This document shows, piece by piece, positions 1 to 14,095 of a stretch of 64,000 nt of DNA (position 1 is the first letter of the stretch; each line of letters starts with the position of its first letter). The DNA lies in assembly GCA_963816145.1 (NCBI GenBank), contig CAWFJP010000018.1, positions 64,001 through 128,000 of the forward strand, written 5' to 3'. Position numbers and translations under genes: made by a program. The notes below the pieces were generated by a model that saw only the letters and a program-made list of their open reading frames with translations, had not been told where the DNA came from and did not search any database. The stretch is from an uncultured delta proteobacterium. GTDB taxonomy: Bacteria > Desulfobacterota > Binatia > UBA9968.

Positions 1-8
1 GATACTTC

Positions 9-142
9 TCCCGCAAAGGCGCAAAGACGCCAAGTTCGGAATTGTTGTCATTTCGACCGTACGGAGAAATCCTCCTTACGCCTCTGGCATTCCCTGATCA
101 TGACGGCCATCGGCCGTTACCTTTGCGCCTTAGCGCCTTTGC
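9..142. repeat. Composite intergenic repeat: CGCAAAG-type tandem units and their inverted CTTTGCG copies flanking a GTCATTTCGA...GAGAAATC REP-like palindrome
   Basis: cgcaaaggcgcaaagacgccaag (12-34) is the inverse of ctttgcgccttagcgcctttgc (121-142); tgtcatttcgaccgtacggagaaatc at 46-71. Confidence 0.5.
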
Positions 143-175
143 CGGACATATTCCGGGAGTCGCTTGCAGCATGTT

Positions 176-1018
176 TCACCGCTTGCTTCTTTTCTCGTTG
201 GCGCGGACCACTCGGTCGGCGGCGGCGGCGAGCTGTTGGGTGATCGGCGTGTCGGTGTTGAGAAACCGCGCCAGCTCGGCCACCAGCGGAATATCTTTGT
301 TTAGCACGTTGCGGCCGGAGCGTGGCAAGGGATCACTGCCGCTCGGATCGAAAGTGTTCTGCCAACGATTTAAGACGCTGTCATGGCCGATACGACGCAT
401 CATTTCCAACGCTTTAGGATAGGGAATGCCGCCGGCGATGCCGATCTGAATCGCTTCATAAACGATCAAGGTCTCGGCACCGCCGAGCATGTTCTTGATC
501 AATTTGCCCACCGCTCCGGTGCCGGTCGGACCCATGTGAAAAACTTCCTGGCTCATCTTGAGCAGATGCGGCCGGGCGCGCTCGACCAATTGATCGGCGC
601 CGCCGACAACGAAGCTCAGCTTGCCGGCGCGCACCGTGTTCGGCACGCCAGTCATACAGGCATCGATGGCGTGCACGCCCTTGGCCCGCGCCGCAGCTTC
701 GACGGTCTTGACCGTGTGCGGCAGAATCGAACTATGGAGCAGCACGAGCGTGCCCGGCGCCGCCGCTTCGATCACGCCGTTCGCACCGAGCATGCAATCG
801 AGCATATCTTGATCCGTGCGCACCACCACGTCGATGAGTGTGGCGCGCTTGGCGACCTCGACCACGTTGGCGACCGCGCTAAATCCCAGCTTGCGAGCAT
901 CCGCCAACGCCGGCGCGCAGGCGTCATAGCAGACGACATCGGCGACACCAGCGAGCTTGAGCCGCTCTAGGAGCGCCAAACCCATGGCGCCGGTGCCGAT
1001 CATGCCGATGGTTTCCAT
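176..1018 (-). CDS. NAD(P)-dependent oxidoreductase, 3-hydroxyisobutyrate dehydrogenase family
   Basis: N-terminal IGMIGTGAMG Rossmann motif, DACMTG, G.G...KLIKN catalytic Lys. Confidence 0.9.
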   Translation of the reverse strand: METIGMIGTGAMGLALLERLKLAGVADVVCYDACAPALADARKLGFSAVANVVEVAKRATLIDVVVRTDQDMLDCMLGANGVIEAAAPGTLVLLHSSILPHTVKTVEAAARAKGVHAIDACMTGVPNTVRAGKLSFVVGGADQLVERARPHLLKMSQEVFHMGPTGTGAVGKLIKNMLGGAETLIVYEAIQIGIAGGIPYPKALEMMRRIGHDSVLNRWQNTFDPSGSDPLPRSGRNVLNKDIPLVAELARFLNTDTPITQQLAAAADRVVRANEKRSKR

Positions 1019-1043
1019 GTCCGCTCCCTATTACCGTCGCGCT

Positions 1044-1532
1044 TCAAGGTTGTTGTTCTTTGCGCCGCAGATAGGTGCGCAGAAAATAATGTTCGAAAGA
1101 TCCCATGGCATGTTCTTCGACGCGCGTGTTGCCGCTCCGCTCTTGGAGCTCCAAATACAGCGTGCCGCCGCTGCGGCGCAGGGACAAGATCGGCATGGCC
1201 CGCTTGTCGATGTAGCTCCCCACCGTGCGCAGAGTCTGCGACAGGCGAAAATAATCGGGAATCTGATTGGCGTCTTTGCGCATCGACTCGCCGCGGATCT
1301 GCAGCCAGACCACACTCTTTACGGGATAATGAATCTCGAAGGTCCGTTCGGTTTGGACAGCCTTCTGGCCGAGAACTTTGTCGACCCAACGGCGCTCCAA
1401 GGGTAAACCCCGTTTACCGCGGACAACGAACTCGCCGTCCTGCCATGCCAAGGTAAATTCTTGCACGCCCCGTTCTTCCAACGATTGGCCGATGGCACGC
1501 AAAACTTGGGAGTAAGACCAACCCTCAAACAT
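1044..1532 (-). CDS. Hypothetical protein with an internal two-fold repeat
   Basis: RBS GAGGTAGG; YSQVLRAIGQSLE and LSQTLRTVGSYID repeats; in line with the downstream gene. Confidence 0.7.
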   Translation of the reverse strand: MFEGWSYSQVLRAIGQSLEERGVQEFTLAWQDGEFVVRGKRGLPLERRWVDKVLGQKAVQTERTFEIHYPVKSVVWLQIRGESMRKDANQIPDYFRLSQTLRTVGSYIDKRAMPILSLRRSGGTLYLELQERSGNTRVEEHAMGSFEHYFLRTYLRRKEQQP

Positions 1533-2067
1533 ACCTACCTCGACTCCAACACGGCACTAAATCTCATCGAATTGAGAACCTGCCCCCCCTCTTTCAACGA
1601 CCGTCCTATGCACGACCCCACCCCGGCACTCCGACTAGGCCGCGCCACGGGGCGGCTTCCCTTCGGTAAAACCCAATAGCAGCTATTGTTTGTAGAGTCG
1701 AACAATAAAACCGGGCGTTTCTAGCCCGGCGGCCACCCAATTATCGACCAACTGCTCGGCCTGGGCGCTCTTCCCCACCGGAGGATTGGCGCGGTTGAAC
1801 AGGGTCTGTACCCCGGCACCGACATGGGAAATGAGTCTTGGACAAAAAGCGTCAATCTGAGGAGTTGTGAATTCGTCGACTCGAACTCCTTTTCCGCCAT
1901 TTCCGCGCACCCGGGAATTTAAGTTCTGGTGTTTTCACCGCAAGGCAACGGGGATGCCAGCCGGAGTTTACATGACCGAACTTCGGTTCGCCTGAAGCAT
2001 GCCCTGAGCAGCAGCGTCGAAGGGGCGAGGTCTTTCCTTCGTTTGCGCGAGGAAATTACCTATGCGC

Positions 2068-3673
2068 TCACCAGCCCAGGGCGTAACCGACCCGGCGCGG
2101 ATCGGCGGCGCCAAGCCAGGAGCCGTTCTCATGATCGTGCAAGATCACCTTGGCGCTGCCGAACGACCAGCGATCGACGATGGTGATTTTATGCCCCTTG
2201 GCACGGAGCGCATCGAGCGTTGTGCTTGGATACCCGGCTTCCATGCGCAGCGCCTCGGGCAGCTGGTCGCGCGGCGGCGTACCCGGCATATGGCTCCAGC
2301 GCGGCGCTTCGACGGCTGACTGCGGGTCCATGTCGAGGTCGACCAAGTCGTGAATGATTTGAAAATTGGTCTGCGGTTGCTCGTCGGCGCCCGGGCTGCC
2401 GCCGACGACAAAGACTTCGCCGCCGCGAAAGATCATATAGGTGTTGAGCGTATGCGCCGGCCGCTTGCCGGGCTTGAGCGCATTGGCCTTGCGCGCATCG
2501 AGCCCAAAGCTGCACAGCCGATTATTCATGATCACGCCGGTATCGCCGGCGATCACCCGCGAGCCGAAGGGCGCGAAGATGCTCTGAATAAACGAGATCG
2601 CATTGCCATCGCGGTCGGTGGCGCAGAGATAGGTCGTGTCGCTGCTTTGAATGCCCGCCGAGACCGACGGCCGGCGCAAGATCTCGTCGGCGAGTTGGCG
2701 CCGTTTGGCGGCATGTTCTTTGGAAATTAATTGGGGAATGATCTTCGGATCGCCGAACGCGGGATCTTCGAGATACTGGATGCGATCCTCGAAGGCTAAT
2801 TTTTTGGCGGCGGTCTGATAATGCAGCATCTCGGCCTGGCTCATGCTGCCGTTATTAAACGGCCAGGCCTCGGCGATGTTGAGCATCTCCAGAACCATGA
2901 AGCCTTGGGACACCGGCGGCTGCTCATAGACCATAGTATCGCGATAGCTCGACGCCAGCGGCTCGAGCCACTGGCAAACGATCGGCTGTAAATCTTCCGG
3001 CGCGAGCAAGCCGCCCTCGGCTTTGATCGTCGCGCAGATTTTGTCGGCGACTTCGCCGGTGTAAAAACCGTCGCGACCGTGAATGGCGATCTTTTCGAGA
3101 ACCCCGGCCAAGCCCGGTTGCACGAGAATCTTGCCTGGCTTCGCCATTCCCAAGGGCTGGCGATAACACTTGTCGACCCAGGGATATTCGCGGCGCGAAC
3201 TCATGCACCGCTTCGGAAAATTCTTGAGATATGGGAAAGCCCTCGCGGCCCAATCGTACCGCGTCGGCGGTCAAGCGGGCTAAATCGACGGTGCCGTATT
3301 TTTTGTGCAACTCCAGCCAGCCGTCGACCGCGCCGGGCACAGCGATGGCAAGCGGTCCATACTGCGGAATGCCTTTCAAGCCGCGCCTGTGAAATTCTTC
3401 GATGCTCGCCTTGGCCGGCGCTGGACCGCTGGCGTTAAGCGCTTCGACCTTGCCGGTCTTTTTCATATACACCAGAGCGAACAGATCGCCGCCGGGCCCG
3501 CTGGTCTCGGGTTTCACCACCGCGGACACGAAAGCCGCGGCGAGCGCCGCATCCACCGCGTTGCCGCCTGCCTTGAGAATCTCGACGCCGGCAAGCGATG
3601 CCAAATAATGGCCGGACGAAACCATGCCGTTCCGGCCCATGATGACGGGACGCGCTGCTTTTGAGAACTTCAT
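2068..3673 (-). CDS. ggt: Gamma-glutamyltransferase (one frameshift near 3190-3200)
   Basis: GNAVDAALAAA and GPGGDLF in ORF 2924-3847; DTTYL nucleophile Thr, PGKRPAHT and GAADPRR in ORF 2068-3204. Confidence 0.9.
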
Positions 3674-3698
3674 GCCACTCCTGATTAAAGTGCTGCGG

Positions 3699-4721
3699 TT
3701 ATTGTCCAATGCCGAGAATCTTGGCAGCGTTGCCGCCGAGAATTTTTTCCTTATCGGCCGGGGCGAGATCGAGACCGTCGATGGCTTTAAGACTGTTGCG
3801 CAGCAGAATGCAGCCCTCTTCCGGCCCATAGGGATAATTCGTACCAAGCACCATTCGCTCCGGGGTGAAGAAATCCTTTACGCAGCGCAGCGTCGACGCC
3901 GGATGGTCCGCCGTGTCGACATAAAAGCGCCGGAACGAATCGAGGGGATTTTCTTTGAGGCCGTACTTATGGCGAATCTCCTCGGTGCGGCCGGTATAGA
4001 TGTTGATCGCCCGCTGGGCGAAGAACGCCAAGACGCCGCCGACGTCGGCAACCACCCAGTTGATTTCCGGAAAGCGCTCCAACACCCGGCCGTAAACCAG
4101 CCGGGTCATCGCCACCGTGCTATCGTAGGCCCAGCCGAAGATCAGCGTCGGCATGATATCGATACCGCTCGACGCCGTCGCCAGCGGCGCGGTGGGATGG
4201 ATGTAAACCGGCAATTTGTAGCGGGCCAGCCGCTCATAGATCGGAAACAAGTCTTCGCGGTCCAATCCTTGGCTGTTCAAATTGGCAAAGCCGCCGAAGC
4301 CGCGCAGACCGAGCTCATGGACCGAACGTTCCAACTCGTCGAGGGAGGCTTTGATGTCGCAAGTCGGCAAGGTAAAAAAACCGATGAACCGTTTGGGGTG
4401 CTGCCGGGCGATGGCGGCGATGGCATCATTGGCGATCCGGGCAAGTTGAATCGCCCCCTCGCCCTCGAAGCGATCGGCACCCGGCGCCGGAATCGTCAAC
4501 ACATGGATATCGATGCCATGCTGGTCCATATGCTGTAAGCGCCGCTCGATGTTCTGCCCCTGCAGGGTGCAGGTGTTGATACGGCAGCCGAGTTTTTTAT
4601 CGTAAAAATAGCTCATGCCGCTATGCGCATCGGGCGCTTCGAGAATCACCACGCCGTCGAGCCGCTGCATCGCGGCCAGATAGCTTTCAGGAAAAACATG
4701 AGCTTGAAAATCGATGATCAT
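3699..4721 (-). CDS. Amidohydrolase_2 family (ACMSD-like decarboxylase/hydratase)
   Basis: IIDFQAHV, PVYIHP, FYVDT, GTNYPY, ILGGNA. Confidence 0.88.
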   Translation of the reverse strand: MIIDFQAHVFPESYLAAMQRLDGVVILEAPDAHSGMSYFYDKKLGCRINTCTLQGQNIERRLQHMDQHGIDIHVLTIPAPGADRFEGEGAIQLARIANDAIAAIARQHPKRFIGFFTLPTCDIKASLDELERSVHELGLRGFGGFANLNSQGLDREDLFPIYERLARYKLPVYIHPTAPLATASSGIDIMPTLIFGWAYDSTVAMTRLVYGRVLERFPEINWVVADVGGVLAFFAQRAINIYTGRTEEIRHKYGLKENPLDSFRRFYVDTADHPASTLRCVKDFFTPERMVLGTNYPYGPEEGCILLRNSLKAIDGLDLAPADKEKILGGNAAKILGIGQ

Positions 4722-4750
4722 ATTCAGTTGCCGCTCTAGAAAACTCGCGT

Positions 4751-5779
4751 CTATAATCCGTACAGCGCGCGCGCGTTGTCGTCGAGAATCCGGTTCACCA
4801 CCGGCGTCGGAATCGCACCGTCTTCTCTGAGCTTGCGCAGAGCCAGGATTTCCGAGGAGGTGTCGTTATGGCCGTAGTCGGTGCCGATCACCAGCATATC
4901 GTCGCCGGAGAACTTAAGCACATAAGCAAGATCATCGTCGGTCTGGCAGGCCACCCACATGCGGTTTTTGCGCAGCACCTCGGACTTGTCGATCTTGATG
5001 CCGTTGCGCTCGTAGCGCCGGGCGTAATCGTGAATCGCATAGGGTACCCATTGGGAGCTGACTTCGATAAATGCCCACTTGGTCTTGGGGAACTTCTCGG
5101 GGATCTTGTAGAAGATCAGCGAGTGAAACGAGCCGACCACCGCCAACTTGAAGCGGTTGAAACCGCATTCATCGCCAAAATAATCATGCACGGCAAAGCT
5201 GCCAGTGGCCGAATGGACGCAAATCGGCAGGTCAAGCTTGCCGGCTTCTTCATAGAGCGGATAAAAATACGAATCGTGCAGCCGCTTCTCGCCTTCCAGA
5301 CCGCGAATAAAAATGCCGCAGGCGCCATGTTCCTTGGCGTAACGCGCCTCTTCGAGGGCTTTGTCCATCGACAGTAGCGGCAGCAGCGCCACCCAGCGCA
5401 AACGCGCGGGCGACACTTTCCAGATATCGATCAGCCAGCGATTGTACGAGCGCGCCAACGCCAACTCGACATCGGGCCGCCGGGTAAACGGACGCAAACA
5501 AAATGTCGGATAGAGCACTTGAATATCGACGTCGAGCTCGTCCATATGCTTGAGCCGGGCGTTGATATTTTCCATCTCGCGCGCTTCACGGGAAGTATCG
5601 GCGCCGACGTTGCGCGCCTTGCCGAGATAGAGGCCGTCGATCAACCAGGATTCGCCGCCGGAGGTTGGATCGTTGGGCGTCGGCACGATGCGCGGCCTGA
5701 GCGCCCGCTCGGACTCCAACATATAATCCCAGGTATGTTCGGTCTCCAGCACATGGGCATCTGAATCGATCACGGCCAT
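4751..5779 (-). CDS. Amidohydrolase_2 family protein
   Basis: IDSDAHV, PICVH, GTDYGHND, ILDDNARALY. Confidence 0.88.
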   Translation of the reverse strand: MAVIDSDAHVLETEHTWDYMLESERALRPRIVPTPNDPTSGGESWLIDGLYLGKARNVGADTSREAREMENINARLKHMDELDVDIQVLYPTFCLRPFTRRPDVELALARSYNRWLIDIWKVSPARLRWVALLPLLSMDKALEEARYAKEHGACGIFIRGLEGEKRLHDSYFYPLYEEAGKLDLPICVHSATGSFAVHDYFGDECGFNRFKLAVVGSFHSLIFYKIPEKFPKTKWAFIEVSSQWVPYAIHDYARRYERNGIKIDKSEVLRKNRMWVACQTDDDLAYVLKFSGDDMLVIGTDYGHNDTSSEILALRKLREDGAIPTPVVNRILDDNARALYGL

Positions 5780-5781
5780 CC

Positions 5782-6000
5782 CTAAAATCCTCCTGAGCGC
5801 AATTTTGTAGCGCCGCTGCTTTGATTGATACCGGCTTTTTCGGTTTTCGAGCCGACAGAATTATTACACTTCTGACAAGTGTAGTCGTACATTTCACCGT
5901 CGGGCAATACAAGCAGTAAACGCTGGCGCACCGGCATCGCTTGGCCGCACTTATTGCAGTAGAGCAGGCTGGCATTGAATTGGCCGTAGGATTCTGCCAT
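5782..6000 (-). CDS. Small zinc-ribbon protein
   Basis: CNKC...CQKC; RBS AGGGAG; sits tightly between neighbouring genes. Confidence 0.75.
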   Translation of the reverse strand: MAESYGQFNASLLYCNKCGQAMPVRQRLLLVLPDGEMYDYTCQKCNNSVGSKTEKAGINQSSGATKLRSGGF

Positions 6001-6021
6001 TGGGACTCCCTAACCGTGCGC

Positions 6022-8121
6022 CTAATGCTCGCCCTCGTGCTCGGCCATCTTGCGCGCCTTGGTTTCTTTGATGACTTTTTCGGCCAAGTGCGCCGGCAGC
6101 TCTTCATAGTGCGCGAACTCTAGTTGAAACTCACCACGCCCGCTGGTGATGGCGCGCAGATCGGCGGCATACTTGAGCACCTCCGCCATCGGCACTTTGC
6201 TTTTAATTACTTGAATACGGCCCTTGGTTTCCATGCCCACCACTTTACCACGCCGGCTGTTCAAATCGCCGATGATGTCGCCCATGCACTCGTCCGGCAC
6301 TGAAACCTCCAGGTTCATGATCGGTTCGAGCAGCACCGGTTTGGCCTTTTCCACCGCGTTGCGAAAGCCCATGGACGCGGCGATCTTGAACGCCATATCG
6401 GAAGAATCGACATCATGATAGGAGCCATCGTAAAGCGTCGCTTTGACATCAACCATTGGAAAACCGGCGAGGTAGCCGCCCGCCATAGCTTCTCTAATCC
6501 CCTTCTCCACCGCCGGGATATAATTCCGCGGGATCGCGCCGCCAACAATCTTGTCGACGAATTCAAACCCGCCACCATGGGGCAGAGGTTCGACTTTGAT
6601 CCAAGTATCGCCAAATTGGCCATGTCCGCCGGTCTGTTTTTTTTGCCGTCCTTGGGCGCTGGCGCTGGCGCGGATGGTTTCTTTATAGGGCACCTTGGGC
6701 GCTTTGAGCACCACCTCGGCGCCATATTTGCGCTTCAATTTCTCGACGGCGATTTCAATATGCTGCTGGCCCATGCCCGACAAAATGAAATCGCGGGTTT
6801 CTTCGTCGCGGTGCAAGTCGATGGTCTGATCCTCCTCCTTCATGCGATGCAATCCCTGCGGCAGCTTGTCCTCGTCCGCTTTGCTTTTGGGTTCCAAGGC
6901 GAAGGAAATATTGGGCGTAAAATGGACCGGCCCGTCGTATTGGATCGGCGCCTTTTCATCGCATAGGGTGTCGCCGGTGGCGATGTCTCTAAACTTAGCG
7001 ACCGCGATGATTTCACCCGCTAGAGCTTCTTTCACCGCCTCTTGCTTCTTCCCTTCAAGGCGAAATAAGTGGCCGACCTTCTCGCGAACTTGCCGGGTTG
7101 GCACGTAGATCGTCATGTCGGAATTAAGCTTGCCGGAGATCACGCGCAGGATCGACAGCTTACCGGCGAAGGGATCGATGACAGTTTTAAACACATAAGC
7201 TGAGAATGGCGCGTCAGGATCATGTTTGCGCTTGAGGGCTTCGCCCTTCACGGGATTCTTGCCGGTGAATTCCGCCTCCTCCAGCGGCGCCGGCAGATAG
7301 TCGGCCACGGCATCGAGCAACTGCACGACGCCGATCTGGCGCAGCGGCGAACCGAACAGAATCGGAAATATCCGCCGTTCCAGGGTGGCGTCACGGACGG
7401 CCTTTTTTAATTCCTCCACCGCCAACTCCTTGCCGTCGAGAAACTTCTCGAGTAACGCGTCATCGAGTTCGGAGACATCTTCGAGCATTTTTTCGCGCCA
7501 CTCCAGCGCGTCCGCGTTGAGCTCTGCGGGAATGTCAACTTCATTGCATTTGCCCGAGTCACCGTCAAAGACGAAAGCCTTCATCGACAAGAGATCGACG
7601 ACTCCCTTAAAGTCGAACTCGGTGCCGATGGGCATTTGTAAATAAACTCCCTTGGCATCCAAAGTTTCCAGCATCGGTGCGATGCGCTCACGGAGGTTAG
7701 CTGGCTCGTGATCCATCTTGGAGATGAACAGTAGCCGGCTCACGCCATCTTCGTTGGCACGTGCCCATAGCCGTTCCGATTCGACGCGGACACCAACGGT
7801 GGGATTGAGCACAAACACAGCGCCGCCCATGGCGCGGATGCTGTTGATCGAGTCGGCGAGAAACGCCGCGTAGCCCGGCGTGTCGATCAAGGTAATCCCG
7901 TATTTCTTCCATGATAAAGAATGAAACGCGGTCGAGATCGTCACCCGATGTTTGATCTCTTCCGGTTCGAAATCGAGCACCGAAGTGCCGTCTAGGACTT
8001 TGCCGAACCGCTGAGTCGCCCCCGCCGCAAACAATATCGCCTCGCCTAAAGAGGTCTTCCCCGAACCGCCCTGACCCAAAATGCCGACGTTACGCAGTTT
8101 ATCGAACTCCGCTGCAGCCAT
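6022..8121 (-). CDS. fusA: Elongation factor G paralog (EF-G2/FusA-like)
   Basis: GQGGSGKT, DTPG, KKQTGGHGQFG, DGSYHDVDSS, LLEPIM; not in an str operon. Confidence 0.92.
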   Translation of the reverse strand: MAAAEFDKLRNVGILGQGGSGKTSLGEAILFAAGATQRFGKVLDGTSVLDFEPEEIKHRVTISTAFHSLSWKKYGITLIDTPGYAAFLADSINSIRAMGGAVFVLNPTVGVRVESERLWARANEDGVSRLLFISKMDHEPANLRERIAPMLETLDAKGVYLQMPIGTEFDFKGVVDLLSMKAFVFDGDSGKCNEVDIPAELNADALEWREKMLEDVSELDDALLEKFLDGKELAVEELKKAVRDATLERRIFPILFGSPLRQIGVVQLLDAVADYLPAPLEEAEFTGKNPVKGEALKRKHDPDAPFSAYVFKTVIDPFAGKLSILRVISGKLNSDMTIYVPTRQVREKVGHLFRLEGKKQEAVKEALAGEIIAVAKFRDIATGDTLCDEKAPIQYDGPVHFTPNISFALEPKSKADEDKLPQGLHRMKEEDQTIDLHRDEETRDFILSGMGQQHIEIAVEKLKRKYGAEVVLKAPKVPYKETIRASASAQGRQKKQTGGHGQFGDTWIKVEPLPHGGGFEFVDKIVGGAIPRNYIPAVEKGIREAMAGGYLAGFPMVDVKATLYDGSYHDVDSSDMAFKIAASMGFRNAVEKAKPVLLEPIMNLEVSVPDECMGDIIGDLNSRRGKVVGMETKGRIQVIKSKVPMAEVLKYAADLRAITSGRGEFQLEFAHYEELPAHLAEKVIKETKARKMAEHEGEH

Positions 8122-8168
8122 ACAAAGGATTCCTCCTTCCAATTTCTGCTACGTTGCTGTTTGGCTAA

Positions 8169-8939
8169 TTATCTCAGTGCATTCCGTTCATGAATGATCC
8201 GTAGGCCTTCGAGGGTAAGAAACTCGTCGACCTCATCAATCGTCGCGCACTCCGACGCCACCAGGGGCGCAAGCCCGCCTGTGGCAATGACCTTGACCTG
8301 AATGTTCTGTTCTTTTTGGATTCGCTTGACCAGGCCGTCAACCAAGCCGACGTAACCGTAAAAAATTCCCGCTTGAATCGAATTGACCGTGTTGCGCCCG
8401 ACCACCTCCTTGGGCTTGATGATTTCGATGCGCGGCAGCTTCGACGCTCTTTGCACCAACGCTTCGAGTGAAATCGACAACCCCGGGGCGATGGCGCCGC
8501 CGACGTATTCGCCTTTTTTGGAAATCAGATCGATGGTCGTTGCGGTGCCGAAATCGACGACGATGCAAGCGTCGCGATATTTGTCGTAGGCGGCAATGCC
8601 GTTGACGATGCGGTCGGCGCCGACATCCTTGGGGTTCTCGTAAAGAATCGGCATGCCGGTTTTGATGCCGGGACCGACGATCAGCGGGTCGCGATCGAAA
8701 AATCGCGCCGCCAGCTCCTGTGTCGTCGTCAGCATCGGCGGCACCACGCAAGAAACTGCGATGGCCGAGATCTGCTCGCAGCGATAACCGCCATGCTCGA
8801 CCAGCTGAGTGAGGATGACGCCGTATTCATCGGCGGTTCGCTCCGCTTGGGTCGCCAGGCGCCAATGGGTGATTAGCTTCTTGGCTTGGTACAGTCCAAG
8901 GACGATGTTGGTGTTACCGATATCGATGGCGAGCAGCAT
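8169..8939 (-). CDS. coaX: Type III pantothenate kinase
   Basis: [26 protein letters not shown]. Confidence 0.95.
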   Translation of the reverse strand: MLLAIDIGNTNIVLGLYQAKKLITHWRLATQAERTADEYGVILTQLVEHGGYRCEQISAIAVSCVVPPMLTTTQELAARFFDRDPLIVGPGIKTGMPILYENPKDVGADRIVNGIAAYDKYRDACIVVDFGTATTIDLISKKGEYVGGAIAPGLSISLEALVQRASKLPRIEIIKPKEVVGRNTVNSIQAGIFYGYVGLVDGLVKRIQKEQNIQVKVIATGGLAPLVASECATIDEVDEFLTLEGLRIIHERNALR

Positions 8940-8949
8940 GGCGCGCGTT

Positions 8950-9795
8950 TCAATTCTCCAGTGGAATCACATCACCGGCGAGGATCCTCTGTTCGTTGCC
9001 GCTTTCGTCAACCAGCACCAGGGCGCCATCGCGATCGATGCCTTGGGCGGTGCCGAGAGTGACTTGATCGAGCAACTCAATCCGCAGGCGCCGGCCGCGC
9101 CATGCGAAATAACTCTGCCAACGCCGCGCCAAAGCATCGAAACCGGCTTGTTCAAGCTCTCCATAACACCGCTCGATACCTTGAAGCAATCGTTGCAGAA
9201 AGCTTTCGCGGTGAACCGTCTTGCCGGTAACTTCGAGCAACGAGGTAGCACGCCGCCGGAGCTCTTCCGGCATGGCGTCGCTGGCATAATTGAGGTTGAC
9301 GCCGACGCCCAAAATTACATAGTGGACCCGTTCAGTGTCGCAGGAGGCTTCGGTAAGAATCCCGGCGAGCTTTTTATTGCCGATCAGAATGTCGTTGGGC
9401 CACTTGATCGCGGTCTGCCCCGGCACATAAGCGTCGACCACATCGGCCAGAGCGACCGCCGCCATCAACGTGATTTGCGCCGCGTGAGCTGGCGAAAGTT
9501 TGGGGCGAAGCAAAATCGACAGATAGAGATTTGTGAATGGCGGCGATTCCCAGCGCCGCCCCAAGCGGCCGCGCCCCTGGCTCTGCGACTCCGCAACCAC
9601 CACAGTCCCCTCCGCTGCGCCAGCCTCGGCGAGCTCCCGGGCATGACTGTTGGTAGAGCCGATTTCGTCAAAGTAATGAAACGACTTGCCGAAACGGCCG
9701 CCAGCAAGACCTTGCTGAAGGAGCGTAACGTCGAGCGCCGCCGGCTGTGCAACTGTGACGTCTTGGACCGATGAAACCGCCTTGAAGTCAAACAT
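8950..9795 (-). CDS. birA: Biotin--[acetyl-CoA-carboxylase] ligase (no N-terminal HTH)
   Basis: [31 protein letters not shown]. Confidence 0.95.
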   Translation of the reverse strand: MFDFKAVSSVQDVTVAQPAALDVTLLQQGLAGGRFGKSFHYFDEIGSTNSHARELAEAGAAEGTVVVAESQSQGRGRLGRRWESPPFTNLYLSILLRPKLSPAHAAQITLMAAVALADVVDAYVPGQTAIKWPNDILIGNKKLAGILTEASCDTERVHYVILGVGVNLNYASDAMPEELRRRATSLLEVTGKTVHRESFLQRLLQGIERCYGELEQAGFDALARRWQSYFAWRGRRLRIELLDQVTLGTAQGIDRDGALVLVDESGNEQRILAGDVIPLEN

Positions 9796-10636
9796 TCATC
9801 GTGATCTTCATATTGAAGTCGACCACCGGCGCCGAATGAGTAAGCGCGCCGGAAGAAATAAAATCGACGCCGGTTTCGGCGACCTGGCGGATCGAATCCA
9901 ACGTAATGCCGCCGGAGGCTTCCACCCCCGCGCGTTTGTTGATCAACTTCACCGCTTCGCTCATCTGCGCCAAGTTCATGTTGTCGAGCATAATGACATC
10001 GGCGCCGGCATCGATCGCCTCTTGCACCTGTTTCATGTTGCTGGCCTCGACTTCGACCTTGGCCATGAACGGCGCATGGCGGCGCACCGCCGTGACCGCG
10101 CCGGCGATCGATCCGGTGGCTTCGATATGATTGTCCTTGACCAGCGCTGCGTCGTAGAGACCGATGCGATGGTTGGTGCCACCACCCATGCGCACGGCGT
10201 ACTTCTGCAGCGTGCGCAGCCCAGGTGTGGTTTTGCGGGTATCGAGAACTTTGCAGGAGAAGTCTTTGACGGCGTCGACTAGTTTGCGCGTTAAGGTTGC
10301 CGTGCCGGAGAGCTGCTGCAAAAAATTGAGCGCTGTCCGCTCGCCCAATAATAACGCCCGCACCGGCCCAACCGCTTCAGCGACTACCATACCGGACTTT
10401 ACCGCCGCGCCATCTTTGACCAACAATCGAACCTCTACTCTATGATCGATGAAATAAAAAATTCTGTCGAGCAGAACCAAGCCGGCAACCACGCCGTCCT
10501 TCTTGGCGCGGAACAGCCCCTTGCCCCGGGCGTCCGCCGAAATCGTCGCCATGGTCGCCAGATCACCGGCACCGATATCTTCATCGAGCGCATCGCGAAT
10601 CAACCTTTCAATTTGTGGGCTGACATGGATATCCAT
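9788..10636 (-). CDS. nadC: Nicotinate-nucleotide diphosphorylase (carboxylating)
   Basis: ERTALNFLQ, DTRKTTPG, KDNH, IMLDN, EASGG. Confidence 0.96.
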   Translation of the reverse strand: MDIHVSPQIERLIRDALDEDIGAGDLATMATISADARGKGLFRAKKDGVVAGLVLLDRIFYFIDHRVEVRLLVKDGAAVKSGMVVAEAVGPVRALLLGERTALNFLQQLSGTATLTRKLVDAVKDFSCKVLDTRKTTPGLRTLQKYAVRMGGGTNHRIGLYDAALVKDNHIEATGSIAGAVTAVRRHAPFMAKVEVEASNMKQVQEAIDAGADVIMLDNMNLAQMSEAVKLINKRAGVEASGGITLDSIRQVAETGVDFISSGALTHSAPVVDFNMKITMNV

Positions 10637-10640
10637 AAAA

Positions 10641-13394
<2,754 letters not shown>

Positions 13395-13414
13395 TCTTGT
13401 ATTAACCCTGGAGT

Positions 13415-13913
13415 TCAGCCGTTTTCAGGCTCATCGTCGACCACTTCGACTAATTCAATCACCTCGGCGCCACCCGCCGCCGGGCTAACGGCTGCCTTGG
13501 TTTTCTTGGCGCGGGTTTTTGCCGGCAAAGCGGTGCGAGATTCCACCCGCTTTGCGGCTGCTGTCGATGGGCTCGCCGGATTGACACAATCGAACACCGC
13601 TTTGAGCAGCCGTTCGCGCTGCACAGGCATTTTTAATGTTACCCAATTGACGCGCTCCGGAGTTGAAACTGGCTCCAGGTCATCGATCCACACCGTCGGG
13701 ACTTTCCAACTATCGACGGCTTGAAGATCAACTTCGGTTAGCCTTGCTCCCTGGCGTAACATCGCCGCATCGACGATCACCCCGTCGACATTCTCAAGCG
13801 CCGGCGCTTGCCGGCAACGCATCGACAAATCGAGCGAGATGATCAGGTATCAGCGCCACAGCCAGTCCATAGCGCATCATAAGATTCGGTTCTATGACTA
13901 ATAATCGACTCAT
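13415..13913 (-). CDS. Hypothetical protein with a receiver-like N-terminus (probable frameshift near 13815)
   Basis: MSRLLVIEPN start at 13913 joins ORF 13415-13828 by a single shift; C-terminal VIELVEVV motif. Confidence 0.5.
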
Positions 13914-14008
13914 CAATGGACTCATTTGGCCAATTACGCTCGGCAAACTTGACAAGCCCACCACCCCAAGTTAGAAACATAGGGTCTCGTCAATATTCGA
14001 GCAATTGC

Positions 14009-14095
14009 GCGAAAGTGGCGGAATTGGCAGACGCGCAGGACTCAGGATCCTGTGGGGTAACACCCGTAGGGGTTCAACTCCCCTCTTTCGCACCA
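14009..14095 (+). tRNA. tRNA-Leu (anticodon CAG)
   Basis: Acceptor GCGAAAG/CTTTCGC, D arm TGGCGGAATTGGCAGACGC, anticodon arm CAGGA-CTCAGGA-TCCTG, long variable arm, GTTCAA T loop, encoded CCA. Confidence 0.97.

Noticed and set aside
522-533. Partial GGTCGGACC match to the core motif
   Set aside because: Lies inside a CDS (Gly-Pro-Thr-Gly codons), is incomplete and lacks the upstream elements; likely chance
14009-14095. tRNA-Leu as an island integration site
   Set aside because: I saw no duplicated tRNA 3' end and no integrase, and the flanking genes look chromosomal
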